This document shows positions 59,900 to 64,000 of a stretch of DNA of 64,000 nt, piece by piece. The number at the start of each line of letters is the position of its first letter. Position 1 is the stretch's first letter. A program made the position numbers and the translations under genes. The DNA lies in NCBI GenBank assembly GCA_963997415.1, contig CAXEMN010000004.1, positions 2,969 to 66,968 of the forward strand, in the 5' to 3' direction. The notes under the pieces are model-generated. The model worked only from the letters and a program-made list of their open reading frames with translations, searched no databases and was not told where the DNA came from. Source of the DNA: an uncultured Candidatus Poseidoniales archaeon. Lineage in GTDB: Archaea; Thermoplasmatota; Poseidoniia; Poseidoniales; Poseidoniaceae.

Positions 59900-60946
59900 T
59901 TGATAACAATACCACAGGCCTATGAACATGGGCTCGCTGGAGAAAACATGGCTGGTGGCTTGGACGGTGAAATCTCCAAACTTCGGCACAAGGATGTTCG
60001 TCAACGAAGACGAGCAGTCCGTGTCCTTTTCGATACGGACTTGCCTCGTGCCTTGGAAGGGTTTGTCCCACTGCTGAATGATCGTGACCCATGGTTCCGT
60101 TCTAAAGCCCTTGATGCACATCGTCGTTGGGCTCCTTTGCAAGGCCCTTCAGCACTCAAGGTCCTTGCAGAGCACTCTTCTATAGAGGCAAGGCGATGCG
60201 CTGCTAACCTTTTGTCCGAATTCAATGAAGATGTCTCAGAAATTGCGCTTCTCATGATTGATGATGAGGACCTCACCTGTCGAAGAAAAAGCGCATCTGC
60301 CCTCCTTGACAGCGCACAGGCAAGTGAATATGTTGAACGATTCCTCGCCTCCGAAGACGCCTATTTGCGGCGATTGGCCGTGTCGAGCAAGGGTGCAACA
60401 CATGAACACAGAACACTTGGCATTCGAGACAAAAACCAATCTGTTTGTGAAGCTGCGCTGCAATCGATGAACGAATTGAATGAACCCCTCGACAGCGAGG
60501 ATCTCCTCATGCTCATGGACCAAGGCATCACTGGGCCATCATTGATTCATTCAGTGATGGAATCAGATGGAGAAGCCCTGGTGAAGTTTGCTATGGCTGC
60601 AAAAGGGCCAACGATGAAGAAATTCGTTAAGGCACTCAAAGAGAGGTGTGATTCTCCAGAAGATCGGCTCATTAAAACCCTAAGGGATGCAGAAGAATGG
60701 ATTGTCGTAGGGCGATGGCTCCAAGGTTTGCGTGGTGAAGAACACGACGCATTGAGATGGGAACTGATTCGGAACCCAAACGTCGACCAAATCGAGCGAA
60801 GCAGATGGATTGAACGTTTAATTGGACGCTGTGATGAACCTATATTGGTCGAGGAAGCACGCCGTTTTATCGGCGAAGAGCACCCAGATTTGCTTCTTCA
60901 AGCAGCACAGAACCTTTCTACCGCCTATGACAAACTCGATTTATGA
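59900..60946 (+). CDS. HEAT-repeat (PBS-lyase-like) protein
   Basis: Repeated helical units with DVRQRRRAVRVL / DPWFRSKALDA / IEARRCAANLL periodicity. Confidence 0.45.
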   Translation: MITIPQAYEHGLAGENMAGGLDGEISKLRHKDVRQRRRAVRVLFDTDLPRALEGFVPLLNDRDPWFRSKALDAHRRWAPLQGPSALKVLAEHSSIEARRCAANLLSEFNEDVSEIALLMIDDEDLTCRRKSASALLDSAQASEYVERFLASEDAYLRRLAVSSKGATHEHRTLGIRDKNQSVCEAALQSMNELNEPLDSEDLLMLMDQGITGPSLIHSVMESDGEALVKFAMAAKGPTMKKFVKALKERCDSPEDRLIKTLRDAEEWIVVGRWLQGLRGEEHDALRWELIRNPNVDQIERSRWIERLIGRCDEPILVEEARRFIGEEHPDLLLQAAQNLSTAYDKLDL

Positions 60947-62778
60947 GCAGCCAAAGTTCAGGGATTCGGTTCCAAATCGATGCCACCAAGGGCCCAACCC
61001 GACGCCTCGATGTCGGCATAGAAATCAACGGGCCATTCACTTCAAGGACTGTGATGTTGCATTTCCCAAGATGGGTCCCTGGATCGTATTTCTTGAGGGA
61101 ACCGATTCAGCACATGACTGAATTTTACGCTGAAACAGATGCAGGGGTACCAGTTGCTCATAAGCGCCACAATGTGGATGCAATGCGTCTCAAACTACCT
61201 GAAAATGCGAGTAAAGTCATTGTTCGGTACAAGCTACTTGCCGATGATCTTTCAGTCCGATCCAATCACCTCGATGAGGGGCATCTCCACATGATGCCGC
61301 CCTTCACCTGGTTCTTGCCGACCAACGGAATCGAAGGGGGACGGTTGGATATGGAACACACCATCGAACTTCACGCCCCTGTCGATTGGATCCCAGCAAC
61401 ACAATATCACCTTGTCAAATCATCAGAAGGAAAAGGAAGCCTCACTGAAAACCATGGGAAAACACATACCTTCACTTGCCCCAATCGAGATGAACTTCTC
61501 GACGGTATTGTCGAAATCAATCCATACCCAATCGACTCTTGGGTCGTGGATGGGCGCACACATCACCTCAAACTGTGGGACAGTGGAGGCCATCCTATCG
61601 ATGAGGCAATGCTTCAGCGATTCAAAGAAGACATGGATCGAATCGTCAAGGAACATCATGCGCTCTTTGGAATACCCTCGTGGGACAATTACATCACAGT
61701 CATCCAGTTAACTGAAAAATCAAGGGGGGGGTTGGAACACCTTAACTCCCAAACTTCGATGCTCCCACGTCAATGCCTTATGCCAGGTCATGACGATGAA
61801 TACAGAGATTTAGTGAGTCTATTCAGTCATGAATACCTCCATCAGTGGAATGTAAAACGACTTCGCCCTCGAAGCTTCTTGGATTACGACTTGCAAACAG
61901 AAGGCCATTCTGATCTTCTATGGTGGTTTGAAGGAGGAACCTCCTGGCTTGGAGACATGTTGTGCGTTCGCTCGGGCGCTTGGTCTGAAGAAGATTGGCG
62001 CAAGGACTTCCTCAGAAAAATGAAGCGTCACACTGGTCGGCACGGCATGAACTATGAGTCCCTCACCGAATCAAGCCATGATGCTTGGATTCACCTCTAT
62101 CGCGGCCATGCATTCTCTCGTGAAACGCAAATCTCCTACTACCTTGAGGGTGAACTCACCATCATGGAACTCGACATGGAATTGCGCAAACGTTCCAAAG
62201 GGCTGCATGGCATTTGTGATTTGATGGCATTGCTATGTCAACGCCATGGCCTAGAATGCGAACCAACGATGAGGCTGGGCATCACCCACTCAGACATACG
62301 AAAAGCCCTGACCTCAATGAAAGGAGGAAGGCGTCTTGGAACAATGCTTGATGACATGGTCAACCGAAAACAGGCACCTGATATGGAGCGAACTATGGCT
62401 TATTTTGGATTGAAATTGGAACCTGAGCACGCCAGCAAAGAAGGCGAAGTCAAGTCTGGATGGCTTGGCCTTAACCTTTCCAACAAAGCAGGAAAGGTTG
62501 TCATGAGCACACACATGACTGGCAGCCCACTTCGAGCAGTGATGATGCCAGGGGACGAGGTTGTTGCCATCAACGGTGTGAGAACCTCAACAATGAAAAC
62601 CCTGCAGACGGCCTTGAAAGGAAAAATTGGCCAAGAGGTCGAGATCACCTTCACTCATGAGGGCATGCTACGGACATGTTCAATCGAACTTCCAGAAGCT
62701 CCAAAACACAAAGTGAAATTGGCCGGAAAAGGCAACAAAAATTGGCAAAGTTACATTGCTTCTCGCCAAGACAAGTGA
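60943..62778 (+). CDS. M61 glycyl-aminopeptidase-family metalloprotease with C-terminal PDZ domain
   Basis: HEYLHQWNVKRLRP matches the M61 HEFFHxWNVKRIRP signature. C-terminal PDZ-like GDEVVAINGV. Confidence 0.7.
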   Translation: MSSQSSGIRFQIDATKGPTRRLDVGIEINGPFTSRTVMLHFPRWVPGSYFLREPIQHMTEFYAETDAGVPVAHKRHNVDAMRLKLPENASKVIVRYKLLADDLSVRSNHLDEGHLHMMPPFTWFLPTNGIEGGRLDMEHTIELHAPVDWIPATQYHLVKSSEGKGSLTENHGKTHTFTCPNRDELLDGIVEINPYPIDSWVVDGRTHHLKLWDSGGHPIDEAMLQRFKEDMDRIVKEHHALFGIPSWDNYITVIQLTEKSRGGLEHLNSQTSMLPRQCLMPGHDDEYRDLVSLFSHEYLHQWNVKRLRPRSFLDYDLQTEGHSDLLWWFEGGTSWLGDMLCVRSGAWSEEDWRKDFLRKMKRHTGRHGMNYESLTESSHDAWIHLYRGHAFSRETQISYYLEGELTIMELDMELRKRSKGLHGICDLMALLCQRHGLECEPTMRLGITHSDIRKALTSMKGGRRLGTMLDDMVNRKQAPDMERTMAYFGLKLEPEHASKEGEVKSGWLGLNLSNKAGKVVMSTHMTGSPLRAVMMPGDEVVAINGVRTSTMKTLQTALKGKIGQEVEITFTHEGMLRTCSIELPEAPKHKVKLAGKGNKNWQSYIASRQDK

Positions 62779-62838
62779 GTCGAGCACGGCGTTCGAAAGA
62801 AGAATCTGCTCGCCACAAAGACGCTGGTCCTGAGTGAC

Positions 62839-63279
62839 TTATTCCAGAGGCATCGTTGGTGCTGGTTCTGCTAATTGCTCAAGAGGTATGTGGATCGGAG
62901 GCAAATGATCCGCCATGCGATGGCGACTTGTTTTCGCAGGAAACACATGCCCTGAAAGGCTCATGGCAATAACTTCCTCTTTCGTAAGTGATTCAATAGC
63001 AGCTGAAGGCCAAACATCGACTTCAATCCGATCATCATTGAGATAATCAACGGCAATGACTGGAATTTGAGCGAGGTTAAGTTCGCTGGCAATCGAATGG
63101 CGATGATGGCCATCAAGGATTGCACCTGTCACTTTGTCGACGATGAGTGGTTTGGTGTAGCCACCCCAGCGTTTGGTCATCTCGAGGAGTTTGTCACGAT
63201 TACGCGGTTTAATTTCCTCGTGGGGTTTTAGCCATTCCAGTGGCACGAGTTGCACGTCGACTTCATCCCACATTACCAC
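62839..63279 (-). CDS. ParB/sulfiredoxin-fold (ParB N-terminal nuclease-like) domain protein
   Basis: LKPHEEI...ILDGHHRHSIA matches the ParB-N/Srx GxxR-less DGHHR motif. 146 aa. Confidence 0.5.
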   Translation of the reverse strand: MVMWDEVDVQLVPLEWLKPHEEIKPRNRDKLLEMTKRWGGYTKPLIVDKVTGAILDGHHRHSIASELNLAQIPVIAVDYLNDDRIEVDVWPSAAIESLTKEEVIAMSLSGHVFPAKTSRHRMADHLPPIHIPLEQLAEPAPTMPLE

Positions 63280-63346
63280 GAGCGAACGGCTTGTGTGCGA
63301 TAATGCTATTCATTAAGCGTCCATGGTTCACTTCGGAAGGAGGCTC

Positions 63347-64000
63347 ATGTCGTCAGACCACGAAGAAGGGCACCTCCCATTGTTGGGTGATGCGAAGAGT
63401 GAACCTTTGCCCCAAAAATTAGTTCATTGGGTTGAGAATTTGCCTGACGACATCAACACCATCATTGATCAAATTGCCAAAGCAGATGGTGGAGTTTGGA
63501 TTGTTGGCGGTGCTGTCCGCGATGCTTTCTTGGGCCTCGGCGACCAAGATATTGACCTTGCAGTGACCCTTACACCTCATGAAATGCTCAAGATTTTTCC
63601 AGATGCATTACCGACTGGAATTGACTATGGTACGCTTACCCTTCGAGGAGAGGGTGGGCGCTTTTACGAGGCAACAACACTGAGAACGGAATCAGAATAC
63701 AACGACGGGCGCCGACCAGAGGTGGTTGATTTTGGCACCTCATTACTTGGGGACTTAGAGCGGCGTGATTTCACATTTAATGCGATGGCGATCGATACGA
63801 GAAGGATGCTGCTCCATGACCCATTCAATGGAAAAATCGACCTTGAGCGAGAACGTGTAAAAGCAGTAGGTCAAGCCTATCAACGCCTCTCTGAAGATGG
63901 ATTACGTATTCTTCGTGCTTACAGATTCCTTGACCGAGCAGATGCAGGGGTCTGGCGCTTTGATCCAGAACTTTCTGAAGCTTTACAACAGCACCGTTCA
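63347..64000 (+). CDS. cca: class-II nucleotidyltransferase (CCA-adding enzyme / poly(A) polymerase head-domain family), 5' partial, continues past window end
   Basis: ATG at 63347. GGAVRDAFLG, DQDIDLAV and RRDFTFNAMAI are the Pol-beta-like class-II tRNA nucleotidyltransferase motifs. RPEVVDFG and EDGLRILRAYRF blocks are conserved. No stop before nt 64000. Confidence 0.7.
   Translation, partial: MSSDHEEGHLPLLGDAKSEPLPQKLVHWVENLPDDINTIIDQIAKADGGVWIVGGAVRDAFLGLGDQDIDLAVTLTPHEMLKIFPDALPTGIDYGTLTLRGEGGRFYEATTLRTESEYNDGRRPEVVDFGTSLLGDLERRDFTFNAMAIDTRRMLLHDPFNGKIDLERERVKAVGQAYQRLSEDGLRILRAYRFLDRADAGVWRFDPELSEALQQHRS

Overview
This is a gene-dense chromosomal segment from an archaeon. Archaeal/eukaryote-type markers include ABCE1/RLI, ribosomal protein L10e, aIF2-alpha, Nop10, KEOPS Cgi121, Hel308, RPA with an RPA-associated protein, digeranylgeranyl-lipid reductase, GGPP synthase, and a class-III signal-peptide pilin. 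The segment also carries bacterial-type mutS-mutL, DNA gyrase gyrB-gyrA, aroA, aroD, moaA, many secreted peptidases (M28, M61-PDZ, a 1410-aa PKD-repeat metalloprotease), and a Tad-like pilus module. About 50% GC and a non-acidic proteome fit a Marine Group II/Poseidoniales-like Thermoplasmatota lineage rather than a haloarchaeon; this is inference only. About 52 genes are called, including one tRNA-Ser(CGA) hidden inside a predicted ORF. No CRISPR array, integrase or transposase was recognised. The most unusual locus is a tandem pair of paralogous ~600-aa proteins (nt 1726-5374) that follow ABCE1 closely on the same strand. Each combines a Cas4/RecB-family PD-(D/E)xK nuclease core and a four-cysteine Fe-S signature with a ~220-aa C-terminal OB-fold-like module, with no helicase domain and no other cas genes. 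Other points worth a second look are a TadC/FlaJ-like pilus platform protein split into two adjacent ORFs in different frames, a SAP-domain plus coiled-coil gene pair beside the pilus ATPase, a dTMP kinase with a 240-aa C-terminal extension, an EF-hand-like calcium loop in the GyrA acidic tail, and a class-II (bacterial/eukaryotic-type) CCA/poly(A)-polymerase-family nucleotidyltransferase in an otherwise archaeal context.
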